Of a DNA stretch of 25,550 nucleotides, positions 15,681-24,061 are shown one piece after another; the first letter of the stretch is position 1, and each line of letters begins with the position of its first letter. Origin of the DNA: a virus (taxonomy: Duplodnaviria > Caudoviricetes); IMG/VR virus record IMGVR_UViG_3300020045_002243, positions 1 to 25,550 of that record; one strand, written 5' to 3'. A program made the translations under genes and the position numbers. Below the pieces are notes generated by a model. It was not told the origin of the DNA and ran no database searches. It worked only from the letters and a program-made list of their open reading frames with translations.

Positions 15681-17242
15681 TAAATATTGTTATTAATGAA
15701 TTAGGTATTGATTCTGCTATTGACTCAACTCAACGCCTTGAAAAAGGTTTAGACAATGTAAATAGTTCCAGTACTAATTTAGCAGGAGGAATGAAAGAAA
15801 GCACCAATTCTGTTTTAGAGAATGGTGGTGCTATGGGATTGCTTAATGATGCTACTGGAGGACTTGCTATGACTGTTAAGGATGCAGTTGAAGCGACAGC
15901 CTTATTTGCTAAAGAAAGTAAAATATCCACATTTATTCAAGGCGCATACGCTACCGTTATTGGAACTTCAACAGGTGCAATGAAAGCGTTTAAGATTGCT
16001 TTGATTAGTACTGGAATAGGTGCATTAGTAGTTGGATTAATTTTATTGATTACTAATTTCGATAAAGTTAAAACCACTGTTTACAATCTTATTCCTGGTC
16101 TTAAGGATGTAGGCGAATTTGTAAGTAATATTATAAATGCAGTTACTGATTTCATAGGAGTTACAAGTGAAGCAGAAAGAGTCTTTGCAAGATTAACAGA
16201 ACAAGCGGATAAATCATTAGCTAAAAATAAAAAGTTTTTAGCTGAACAAGGAGACCAAATAGACGAGTTTACAAAGCGAAAAATAGAAGCTAATAACGCA
16301 TACAATGAAGCTATAAAAGAACAAGGTGCAGATGTAATTGCTTTAGCTAAAAGACAAAATAGAGAGATAGCGCAAATAGATGCAGACCGAAACGAAGCAA
16401 GAGCAAAGAAACGAAAAGAAGAACAAGATAAAATAGATGATGAGAATAAAAGGATAGCCGATAAAGCAAAAGCGGAACGTGAAAAACAAAAAGCTATAGA
16501 TGATAAAATAGCAGAAGATAGAAAAAAATTAGCAGAAGAAAATTTAAAGGCACAAAATGAATTTCAGATTGCAGTTAATAATGCTGAATTTGAACAAAGA
16601 TTAATTGAGCAAGAAAATCAAAGAGCAAGGTTAGACGATATAACTGCTTTTATTGATGAAAAAGATAAACTAGAAAACGAAGCTAAGGATAGAGAAATTG
16701 AAAGAGAGCAAATAATTGCTGATGCTAAATTAGATATTCAGAACTATACCTTAGATAATATTTCAGATGGAATAGGATTACTAAAACAATTAGCAGGTAA
16801 AAGCAAAGCACTACAAGCAACTGCTTTAATTGCTGAGAGTGCTGTAGGTATTTCAAGAATTATAATTAACACACGTTCGGCTAATGCATTAGCTAAAGCA
16901 TCGCCTATAAACTTAGCAGACCCAACTTACGGAGTTAGAACATCCATTTTAAATAACATTAGTGCGGGTATAGGTATTGCAAGTAATTTAGTTGCTTTAA
17001 AAAATGGATTGTCAGCTTTAGGTAGTGGAGGCGGTGGAAGTGCTCCAAGTGCAGGGGGTAATGATGCACAATCAGCACCACCTCAATTTAATATAGTAGG
17101 ACAAAACCCAAATAACCAACTTGCTCAGACTATAGGAACACAACAAAACAGACCTATTGAAGCATTCGTAGTAAGTGGTAATGTAACCAATGCACAACAA
17201 TTAGACAGAAATAGAATTAATACTGCAACTTTTGGCAGTTAA
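15665..17242 (+). CDS. Tape measure protein (525 aa)
   Basis: Ala/Gly-rich ALISTGIGALVVGLILL segment, long coiled coil, C-terminal PQFNIVG..AFVVSGNVT. Confidence 0.8.
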   Translation: MVEKIVNIVINELGIDSAIDSTQRLEKGLDNVNSSSTNLAGGMKESTNSVLENGGAMGLLNDATGGLAMTVKDAVEATALFAKESKISTFIQGAYATVIGTSTGAMKAFKIALISTGIGALVVGLILLITNFDKVKTTVYNLIPGLKDVGEFVSNIINAVTDFIGVTSEAERVFARLTEQADKSLAKNKKFLAEQGDQIDEFTKRKIEANNAYNEAIKEQGADVIALAKRQNREIAQIDADRNEARAKKRKEEQDKIDDENKRIADKAKAEREKQKAIDDKIAEDRKKLAEENLKAQNEFQIAVNNAEFEQRLIEQENQRARLDDITAFIDEKDKLENEAKDREIEREQIIADAKLDIQNYTLDNISDGIGLLKQLAGKSKALQATALIAESAVGISRIIINTRSANALAKASPINLADPTYGVRTSILNNISAGIGIASNLVALKNGLSALGSGGGGSAPSAGGNDAQSAPPQFNIVGQNPNNQLAQTIGTQQNRPIEAFVVSGNVTNAQQLDRNRINTATFGS

Positions 17243-17279
17243 TTTATATTCATTCTTAATAAAAAATTTTATATGTTTG
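17242..17279 (+). promoter_or_regulatory. Fur-box-like palindrome (copy 2) plus -7 promoter element
   Basis: ATTTATATTCATTCTTAAT (17242-17260), then TATGTTTG (17272-17279). Confidence 0.5.
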
Positions 17280-17335
17280 TATAGTTGTTAAGATCGATTA
17301 AACGTATGAAGATATACGTTACCATTAAATAACCT

Positions 17336-17362
17336 AAAGCACCTTTAATCGGGTGCTTTTTT
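17336..17362 (+). terminator. Intrinsic terminator
   Basis: AAAGCACCT-TTAATC-GGGTGCTTT followed by Ts. Confidence 0.85.
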
Positions 17363-17375
17363 AATATATTATGTT

Positions 17376-17654
17376 ATGGATGTTTTAATTTTAGAAATTA
17401 TAATGTGGTCTACTTTATTGGCTTTTATAGTGTTTATTTTTACTTATAAATACGAAAACAAAAAATATGTAAATCACCAATTAGAATATGAAAAAAAACT
17501 AATTATTTACAACGAGATAATGAAGCTAACTAAAGATTTTGACAACGTAGTTTATAAATTAAGTTTATTAGCTAAAGACAGGAATTGGAAAGATTGGCAA
17601 GAATTATATAAAGAGCAAGTTAGAATAAGTGAAACAATTGAAAAATTAAAATAA
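17376..17654 (+). CDS. Membrane-anchored hypothetical protein (92 aa)
   Basis: N-terminal hydrophobic helix. Confidence 0.7.
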   Translation: MDVLILEIIMWSTLLAFIVFIFTYKYENKKYVNHQLEYEKKLIIYNEIMKLTKDFDNVVYKLSLLAKDRNWKDWQELYKEQVRISETIEKLK

Positions 17655-17656
17655 TT

Positions 17657-17971
17657 ATGAAAAACAAAACAGAAGATTTACTAAACAAAATAGCAATCAT
17701 AAGAAAAGACATGATTGAATATGTCAAATTATATGTATTAACAGGATTAAAAAATACAAATTTATTAGAGCATGATTTAAAAATTGCTTGGTACGATGAT
17801 GATATGGTAATTAGTTCTATTGTACAGATACATAGCGTTGACGAGGATGGTGATTTATTTGTGGTTTTTGATTATGGAGGAGGTAAGAAATTAGCAGAAG
17901 ATGTAGATGTAGAATTCCTGTCTTTTGAGGCTTTATGTATGCTTATTGCTTTTTACGAAGATGCTTTATAG
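17657..17971 (+). CDS. Acidic hypothetical protein (104 aa)
   Basis: ORF track. Confidence 0.75.
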   Translation: MKNKTEDLLNKIAIIRKDMIEYVKLYVLTGLKNTNLLEHDLKIAWYDDDMVISSIVQIHSVDEDGDLFVVFDYGGGKKLAEDVDVEFLSFEALCMLIAFYEDAL

Positions 17972-17981
17972 AATAAAAACA

Positions 17982-18083
17982 ATGAAAAAATGCAAACATA
18001 AATATGAACGTAAATACTCTTTTCCAAGAGTTAGAACAACTTTTAAATGTGTAACATGTGGTAAATTAAAAAAACGTAAATAA
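17982..18083 (+). CDS. Micro zinc-finger protein (33 aa)
   Basis: MKKCKHKYE..FKCVTCGKLKKRK*; CxH..CxxC. Confidence 0.55.
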   Translation: MKKCKHKYERKYSFPRVRTTFKCVTCGKLKKRK

Positions 18084-18091
18084 ATTGAATT

Positions 18092-18448
18092 ATGAAAAAA
18101 ATATTGATATTAATAATAATTTGCATCACTTTTGCTTCTTGTGAAAAAGATGTAGAAATTAAAAATAAAATTGAATATATTTATTTTAACGATACTATTG
18201 AAAAATCAAACACGCCTTACGATAATTTTAAAAAAGATATATATGTAGATTTTGATGTGTCTAAAGATTATAAAGAAAAAAAATATAGAGTAATCTGGTA
18301 TTTGTGGATTGATGGAGAAATAGCTGAAAGTAATTTAAAAACTTGGGGAGAATTAGTCGAGCCTAAAAACTTAAATAAATACAAAGCTAAAGTTAAAAGA
18401 ATTGAAAATGAAAGAATACCAAATCTTTTAAAATTTTGGAAAGAATAA
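18092..18448 (+). CDS. Lipoprotein (118 aa)
   Basis: MKK, hydrophobic core, FAS|C lipobox. Confidence 0.8.
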   Translation: MKKILILIIICITFASCEKDVEIKNKIEYIYFNDTIEKSNTPYDNFKKDIYVDFDVSKDYKEKKYRVIWYLWIDGEIAESNLKTWGELVEPKNLNKYKAKVKRIENERIPNLLKFWKE

Positions 18449-18479
18449 AATAAACCACAACACCACAACTACTATTTTT

Positions 18480-18510
18480 AACCCTATCATTAATTTGTTA
18501 GGGTTTTTTT
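18480..18510 (+). terminator. Intrinsic terminator
   Basis: AACCCTA..TTAATT..TAGGGTT followed by a T run. Confidence 0.75.
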
Positions 18511-18520
18511 GTGCTTAAAA

Positions 18521-18556
18521 AAATACATAAATAGCATAGAACGTTCTTATAGTATG
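18521..18556 (+). promoter_or_regulatory. Putative phage-sigma late promoter 2
   Basis: AAATACA (18521-18527) N13 ACGTT (18541-18545) N8 ATG (18554). Confidence 0.75.
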
Positions 18557-19648
18557 GAAACATACAAAGTAATATTTAAAGCAGGAGAGACACAAGGTGT
18601 GTATGGAATTTCACTTGTTGAAAGTCCTGCAATGGAATCTCAATTTATTGCTTTAGCTAGTCAAGAACCTTTAAATTTAAAAGCTATTGATAGTGAAAAA
18701 CGTATTTTACTTGGTGCTGTATTAATTCCAGACAAACCAATTTACAGAAATCAAGGGGGCAAAGAATTTAATATTGTATTCCCTGCTGAGACTATAAGAT
18801 TAACATCTGAAAATTATCATCGTCAAGGCTATCAGAATAATTCTACTTTAGAGCATAATGAAGAGTTGAAATTATCAGGAGTTACTTTTGTTGAATCTTG
18901 GATTAAAGAAGATATGGTAAATGATAAATCCGCAATGCATGGATTTAACGAACCTATTGGAACTTGGTTTGCAAGTATGAAAGTTGATAGTGATGAAGTT
19001 TGGAATGACTTTGTAAAGACAGGAAAAGTAAAAGGATTTTCTATTGATGGATTATTCGACTTAGAGAAAATTAATTTAAAAAGTGAATCAAATATGAATG
19101 TAACAGAAATTGTAGATGCTATAAAACAAGGCTTCGCTTCAATATCTTTGAAAAAAGAAACAGAGCTAAAACTTGGAAGCATTATGACACAAGACCAATC
19201 TCTAAAAATAGAGTTTGAAGGCGATACAATCGCAGTAAATACACAGGTATTTTTGACTGCCGAAGATGGTACTAAAATGGATGTTCCTGATGGTGAGTAT
19301 ATGCTTGAAGACGGAATGTCAATTGTAGTTGAAGCGTCTTTAGTTAAAGAAATTAAAGAACCTACAGAAGAAGATGCTCCTGCTGTAGATAATGCACCTG
19401 CTGAAATGCAAAGCGCACCTGCAACTGCTCCAGCGGTTAAAAGCGAGAAACACACTCAAGAAGTGTTCTATCAATTAGCACAGGAAATGGGAAAACAAAT
19501 GGAAGCAATGGAAACTCGTTTAATGGCTCACATTGAATCAAAAAAAGAAGTTGAAGTATCTTTAACGAAACAAAAAGAAGTACAAGAAATCGCACCTAGA
19601 AACGCAAAAGAAAGATTACAAGCAAGACTAAACCAAGCAAAAAAATAA
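18554..19648 (+). CDS. Prohead protease (XkdF-like) fused to scaffold
   Basis: ISLVESPA, LIPDKPIYR, TLEH, ESW, GTW, GFSIDG motifs; acidic C-terminal half with PDGEY; ATG 18554 preferred. Confidence 0.85.
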   Translation: METYKVIFKAGETQGVYGISLVESPAMESQFIALASQEPLNLKAIDSEKRILLGAVLIPDKPIYRNQGGKEFNIVFPAETIRLTSENYHRQGYQNNSTLEHNEELKLSGVTFVESWIKEDMVNDKSAMHGFNEPIGTWFASMKVDSDEVWNDFVKTGKVKGFSIDGLFDLEKINLKSESNMNVTEIVDAIKQGFASISLKKETELKLGSIMTQDQSLKIEFEGDTIAVNTQVFLTAEDGTKMDVPDGEYMLEDGMSIVVEASLVKEIKEPTEEDAPAVDNAPAEMQSAPATAPAVKSEKHTQEVFYQLAQEMGKQMEAMETRLMAHIESKKEVEVSLTKQKEVQEIAPRNAKERLQARLNQAKK

Positions 19649-19651
19649 AAC

Positions 19652-20563
19652 ATGGCAACAACAGTATCAGTTACATCAAATTACGCAGGCAAGGAAGCGG
19701 GCGGAATTATCGGTCAAGCTTTTAGAGAAGCAGACACAATTCAAAGCGGATTTATTACCACTTTTGAAAACATTAATTTTAAACTAAATCTTAGAAAGAT
19801 TGAATTAACAGGGGGTAAAAGAGCATATACTTGTGGATTCCTTCCTGCTGGTTCAATTACTTTATCTGAAAAGGTTTTAGAGCCTATTAAATTTAAAGAC
19901 GATTTTGAAATCTGTAAAGAAGATTTCAGAGCGCAATGGTCAGAGGAATCAATGGGCGCTTCGGCTCACAATGATAATGCTCCAAAAGACATTATGGATG
20001 CAATCACAGTTGAGAAATTAGCTCAAACTTCTGCTGAATTAGACGATAACATTTGGAATGGAGATTCTACAAACCCTACAGAGTTTGATGGTTTCCTTAA
20101 ATTGTTTTTAGCTGATGCAGATGTTATCGATGTAGATTTCGCATCGTCAACTACAGAAGCAAACGTTGAAGCACAATTGAAACAAGCTCTTTCTGCTATT
20201 CCATTAGCAATGAGAAAAAAACCTTTGAGAATTGGAGTTTCTTCTGATGTTGCACAAGCATATAACTTCTGGTTAATTTCTAAAGGGATTTCAAACGGTT
20301 TAGGTGGTGACGCAAACACAAACCTAATATTTGGCAAATATAAAATCGAAGAGCTTTCTGCTTTGCCTGCTTCAACAGTAATTATCGCAGAGCCTAAAAA
20401 CTTAGTATTTGGGACTGGACTTTTAGCAGACCACAACGAACTACGTTTAGTAGACCAAGACGAAACAATGTTGAATGGTTTAGTTATCGGTACAATGGTA
20501 TATAATGCAGGTGTTCAGTACTACAATGGTGAGGAAATTGTATGGGCTAGACCAATCGCATAA
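19652..20563 (+). CDS. Major capsid protein
   Basis: 303 aa after the protease/scaffold; YAGKEAG..IWNGD..FDGFLK; followed by a terminator. Confidence 0.85.
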   Translation: MATTVSVTSNYAGKEAGGIIGQAFREADTIQSGFITTFENINFKLNLRKIELTGGKRAYTCGFLPAGSITLSEKVLEPIKFKDDFEICKEDFRAQWSEESMGASAHNDNAPKDIMDAITVEKLAQTSAELDDNIWNGDSTNPTEFDGFLKLFLADADVIDVDFASSTTEANVEAQLKQALSAIPLAMRKKPLRIGVSSDVAQAYNFWLISKGISNGLGGDANTNLIFGKYKIEELSALPASTVIIAEPKNLVFGTGLLADHNELRLVDQDETMLNGLVIGTMVYNAGVQYYNGEEIVWARPIA

Positions 20564-20573
20564 TTATTAATCT

Positions 20574-20601
20574 AACCGCTCTTTAATTAGGGCGGTTTTT
20601 T
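20574..20601 (+). terminator. Intrinsic terminator after the capsid gene
   Basis: AACCGCTCT-TTAATT-AGGGCGGTT followed by Ts. Confidence 0.85.
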
Positions 20602-20617
20602 AAAACATATAAAAATT

Positions 20618-21136
20618 ATGGCTTGCGATATTACAAAAGGTAGAAAACTTGGATGTAAAGATTCAAGGATAGGAATTAAAATGATTGACTTTGTACCATT
20701 TGAAGAATTTGGTTTTGTTACAACTCTACAAGAGGTTGCTACTTTACCAGTATCTTTAACTGAGGTTTTTCGTTATGAAGTAAAAGGAACAGGAAACAAT
20801 CTTATAGAGACTGCTACTGTAAACATGGAAAATAGAACAACTGAAATTAGAGCGGTTATTAATGCCGTATTGCCTAAATTAGGCAAAGAGTCAGATGTTG
20901 AGTTAATGGCTATGTTGTACGGTCGCTTAGTTGCATTCGTACACGATTATAATGGTAATGTTTTTGTGGTTGGAATAGATAGCGGATTAGATTCTACAGG
21001 AGGTACAAAATCAACTGATGCAAGCGGTTACACAATCGCATTAGAAGCAGTTGATAATAAATACAGTCCTTTCTTATCCGCATCAGCAAAAACAGCTTTA
21101 AATGCATTAGTTAGTGTTGCAGTTATCGAACCTTAA
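20618..21136 (+). CDS. Major tail tube protein (putative)
   Basis: MACDITKGR..CKD..GIK, DYNGN..G..G, GYTI pattern; 172 aa. Confidence 0.7.
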   Translation: MACDITKGRKLGCKDSRIGIKMIDFVPFEEFGFVTTLQEVATLPVSLTEVFRYEVKGTGNNLIETATVNMENRTTEIRAVINAVLPKLGKESDVELMAMLYGRLVAFVHDYNGNVFVVGIDSGLDSTGGTKSTDASGYTIALEAVDNKYSPFLSASAKTALNALVSVAVIEP

Positions 21137-21163
21137 AAGAAAGGAGAAAAAATTTATCTTATT

Positions 21164-21195
21164 AAATCCCTTGCATTATATGTTAGGGATTTTTT
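21164..21195 (+). terminator. Intrinsic terminator
   Basis: AAATCCCT / AGGGATTT followed by Ts. Confidence 0.75.
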
Positions 21196-21199
21196 AGTT

Positions 21200-21235
21200 A
21201 AATACAATTTCAATCATTAACGTTATAATAGTATG
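21200..21235 (+). promoter_or_regulatory. Putative phage-sigma late promoter 3
   Basis: AAATACA (21200-21206) N13 ACGTT (21220-21224) N8 ATG (21233). Confidence 0.75.
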
Positions 21236-21517
21236 AAAGTTTTTAAACCCTCTGACGCAATTCACGCTTTATATATAGTTAGTCGCTCTATTCCAGAGAC
21301 GGCAACTTTAAAGCTATTTTATGAATTAAGAAGCGAAGAAACTACAATTCAAATTACTTGCTCAAATGTTGGTGGTTATTTGCATGCTAATTTTGAACAT
21401 ACTTTTAAAGAGGGACAAAGTTATGAGATTGCTATTTATGAAGATGCAAGATTATTATATAGAGGTAAGGCATATGCAACAGACCAAGAAGATTTACAAA
21501 ATTACAAACTAAACTAA
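21233..21517 (+). CDS. Small structural protein, possibly head closure (94 aa)
   Basis: Beta-rich, LLYRGKAYATDQ; coupled to the portal gene. Confidence 0.55.
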   Translation: MKVFKPSDAIHALYIVSRSIPETATLKLFYELRSEETTIQITCSNVGGYLHANFEHTFKEGQSYEIAIYEDARLLYRGKAYATDQEDLQNYKLN

Positions 21518-23190
21518 TGATAGGATTAATACAATTATCTAACTACGTTAGACCAGAAGTAAAGGAAGTTAGTTCTAAAGAATACGTATTAAACGGAGAT
21601 AAAAACGATTTCTATAAATACATTATAGACCGTTATAATGGTTCGCCTACCAATAGAACTATTATAGATTCTTACGCTCAGTTTATTTATGGTAAAGGTT
21701 TAATGAGTTCGCAACAATCTAGTAAAGCTATTCAATTCGCAAACGTAAAGAGATTGTTGTCTAAAAATGATTTGCGTGCTATTTGTCAAGATTATGCAAT
21801 ATTTACCGAAGCGTCATTAGAACTTATTTATAAAGATTCTAAATTACAAAGAGTAAAGCACGTTCCGAAAAATCAAATTGCACCTTCAAAGTTAAATGAA
21901 AAAGGCGAAATTGAATCTTATTGGTTTTGTCAAGATTTTAATAATACAAGAAAGTACCCGCCAGATGAAATACCAAATTTTAAAACAACCGATAAAATAA
22001 AAAACGGCTCTTTAATTTATGTTATTTCAGATTACCAAGTTGGCAAAATATATTATGCAGACCCGTCTTATTTAGCTGGATTGCCTTATGCTGAATTAGA
22101 GGAGGAAATTGCTAACTATTGTATTAATCATATTAAAAACGGTCTTTCAGTAGGTCATTTTATTAATATGAATAATGGAAAGCCTGAGAATGAGGAAATA
22201 AAAGAGGCTATAATAAAAGATATTAAAGGAAAAGCTACAGGCTCAAATAATGCAGGTCGTATAGTTGTAATGTTTAATGAAGATAAGGAGCACGAAACTA
22301 CGGTTACTCCTATGGAAGTTTCAGAAGCACATAAGCAATATGAGTTTTTAAGTTCAGAATCAGGTCAAAAATTAATGATTGCTCACCGTGTCACATCGCC
22401 AATTATTTTTGGAGTTATGAAAGAAGGTGGATTAGGTAATAATGCTAATGAAATGGAGGTTGCATTTGATGAGATTATGACAATGACCATACAGCCTAAA
22501 CAAGAAATTATATTAGATGCTTTAAAAGAAATATTTACAGCCGAAGGATATAGTATTGATTTAGATTTTATCCCATTAAGAAAAAAAGCACAAACTCAAA
22601 CACAATTAAGCACACACGAACACGACGAAACAGATGATATTATTGCAGACGCTTTAATTGATTTAGGAGAGGTAATAGATGAAAACGAATGGGAGCTTTT
22701 AGATTCACGTTTACAAGATGGTGAACCTGAGTTAACAGAAATGAGTTTTAAGCTTGCTTATGTGCCTAGTAACTTTCCAGAGCGTGACAGTTCACAAGAT
22801 ACAACACTGTTTAAAATACGTTATTCTTACGAAGGTTCGCAAAGTCCAGAAAGAGAGTTTTGTCGTAAGATGGTTAATGCTAAAAAAGTATATCGCAAAG
22901 AAGATATAGATTTAGCAAGTAAAAAGGCAGTTAATAAAGGTTTTGGTCCACGTGGCGCAGATACTTATAATATATTTTTATACAAAGGTGGCGCAAGATG
23001 TCAGCATTTCTGGATGAGAAAGATATATTTAAAAGCAAATAACGACCAAATATCTAGTAAAAAAGCACGTGAATTGTTAAATTCTTTAGACCCTGCACTG
23101 CGTAAAGAAGCTAATTTTGTTCAAAACGACCCCTTAGTGGCTAAAACTCCAGACGACATGCCTAATAATGGTTTCTTAAATCCTCAATAA
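21517..23190 (+). CDS. Portal protein with a C-terminal Cys/His (MuF-like) extension
   Basis: SPTN..IYGKG, YY..PSY, GSNNAGR, AHRVTSP..FG portal motifs; extension with REFCRKM..GGARCQHFW. Confidence 0.85.
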   Translation: MIGLIQLSNYVRPEVKEVSSKEYVLNGDKNDFYKYIIDRYNGSPTNRTIIDSYAQFIYGKGLMSSQQSSKAIQFANVKRLLSKNDLRAICQDYAIFTEASLELIYKDSKLQRVKHVPKNQIAPSKLNEKGEIESYWFCQDFNNTRKYPPDEIPNFKTTDKIKNGSLIYVISDYQVGKIYYADPSYLAGLPYAELEEEIANYCINHIKNGLSVGHFINMNNGKPENEEIKEAIIKDIKGKATGSNNAGRIVVMFNEDKEHETTVTPMEVSEAHKQYEFLSSESGQKLMIAHRVTSPIIFGVMKEGGLGNNANEMEVAFDEIMTMTIQPKQEIILDALKEIFTAEGYSIDLDFIPLRKKAQTQTQLSTHEHDETDDIIADALIDLGEVIDENEWELLDSRLQDGEPELTEMSFKLAYVPSNFPERDSSQDTTLFKIRYSYEGSQSPEREFCRKMVNAKKVYRKEDIDLASKKAVNKGFGPRGADTYNIFLYKGGARCQHFWMRKIYLKANNDQISSKKARELLNSLDPALRKEANFVQNDPLVAKTPDDMPNNGFLNPQ

Positions 23191-23192
23191 TA

Positions 23193-23684
23193 ATGGAATA
23201 CTTACTTTTAAAAGATAACGAAATTACATCTAGCTCTATTTTAGGGGGTAATATTGATGTAGACAAGTATAAATACTGTATTTCGGACGCTCAAATATCT
23301 TCTTTAGAAGAAATATTAGGAGAGGATTTATATGAAAAAATAAAAACAGATGTTGAAGATGAAAGTATAAACGGATTATATCTAATTCTATATGAAAAAT
23401 ATATCATTCCTTTTCTTATACATCGTTCAGCGATGGAGTATTTAAAAGACGGTGCGTATATGGTTAATAACGGAGGCATATATAAACATACTCCACAAAA
23501 TGGAACTGCTATCGAAAAGAGCGAAGTTGATTTATTAGTGAGTAATCAAAGATACAAAGCTGATATATACCAACAAAGAATGGAAAAATGGCTTTGTAAG
23601 AATAAATTAACTGAGTATATTTACAACAGCGAAAATATTGTAAACCCAAAAAAAAATAACAATGAATCAGGATGGTATTTCTAA
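23193..23684 (+). CDS. Head-tail adaptor (putative)
   Basis: GNIDVDK..AQ..LGEDLYEKI..YI.PFL; follows the portal gene. Confidence 0.65.
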   Translation: MEYLLLKDNEITSSSILGGNIDVDKYKYCISDAQISSLEEILGEDLYEKIKTDVEDESINGLYLILYEKYIIPFLIHRSAMEYLKDGAYMVNNGGIYKHTPQNGTAIEKSEVDLLVSNQRYKADIYQQRMEKWLCKNKLTEYIYNSENIVNPKKNNNESGWYF

Positions 23685-23784
23685 AAAAGAAAAAGAACCT
23701 AAAAAAGTCATTAAGAAACTAGAAATTTATTTAAGCAAAAAAGATGGCAGAACAGATAATAAACATAGGGACGACAGCAAATGA
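23662..23784 (+). CDS. Small basic overlapping ORF (40 aa)
   Basis: MNQDGISKKEKEPKKVIKKLEIYLSKK..; bridges the 23684-23744 gap. Confidence 0.4.
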   Translation: MNQDGISKKEKEPKKVIKKLEIYLSKKDGRTDNKHRDDSK

Positions 23785-24052
23785 TGGGAATGGTGACACT
23801 TTAAGAGAAAGCCAAAGAAAAGCTAAGGAAAACTTTTCAGAATTATACAATGCGATTATTCCAGTTACCGATTTCACTACTTTTAAATTCCTTCAAAAAG
23901 GCTACGGCAATACTCTTATAACTTATGAAATAGGAGACATATTCAGCGGATGGAAAAATGATGGAACAATACGCTATTCAGAAGCTATATGGCTAGGAGG
24001 CTCTTTGATGGACTCTGATAATTTTAATCCATTAGTACAAACAGAAATTTAA
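23744..24052 (+). CDS. Small structural protein with a T4 gp9/gp10-like N-terminal motif
   Basis: QIINIGTTANDGNGDTLR..K..ENFSELY. Confidence 0.7.
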   Translation: MAEQIINIGTTANDGNGDTLRESQRKAKENFSELYNAIIPVTDFTTFKFLQKGYGNTLITYEIGDIFSGWKNDGTIRYSEAIWLGGSLMDSDNFNPLVQTEI

Positions 24053-24061
24053 ATAAACAAC

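Noticed and set aside
18454-18469. ACCACAAC x2 tandem repeat before the terminator; also AACGCATTG x2 near 2300
   Set aside because: Only two short units each; compatible with slippage duplication or chance.
100-23479. All minus-strand ORFs in the track (e.g. 100-417, 1316-1573, 3286-3567, 15730-15930, 16081-16305, 18268-18468, 18832-19455, 20023-20436, 23291-23479)
   Set aside because: They are antisense shadows of well-supported plus-strand genes, Ser/Phe/Ile-rich, with no recognisable motifs.
23645-23659. CCC-A9 slippery-looking run near the end of the adaptor gene
   Set aside because: The -1 frame stops immediately (TAA 23657) and the +1 frame ORF has its own ATG at 23662; no evidence that a shift is needed.
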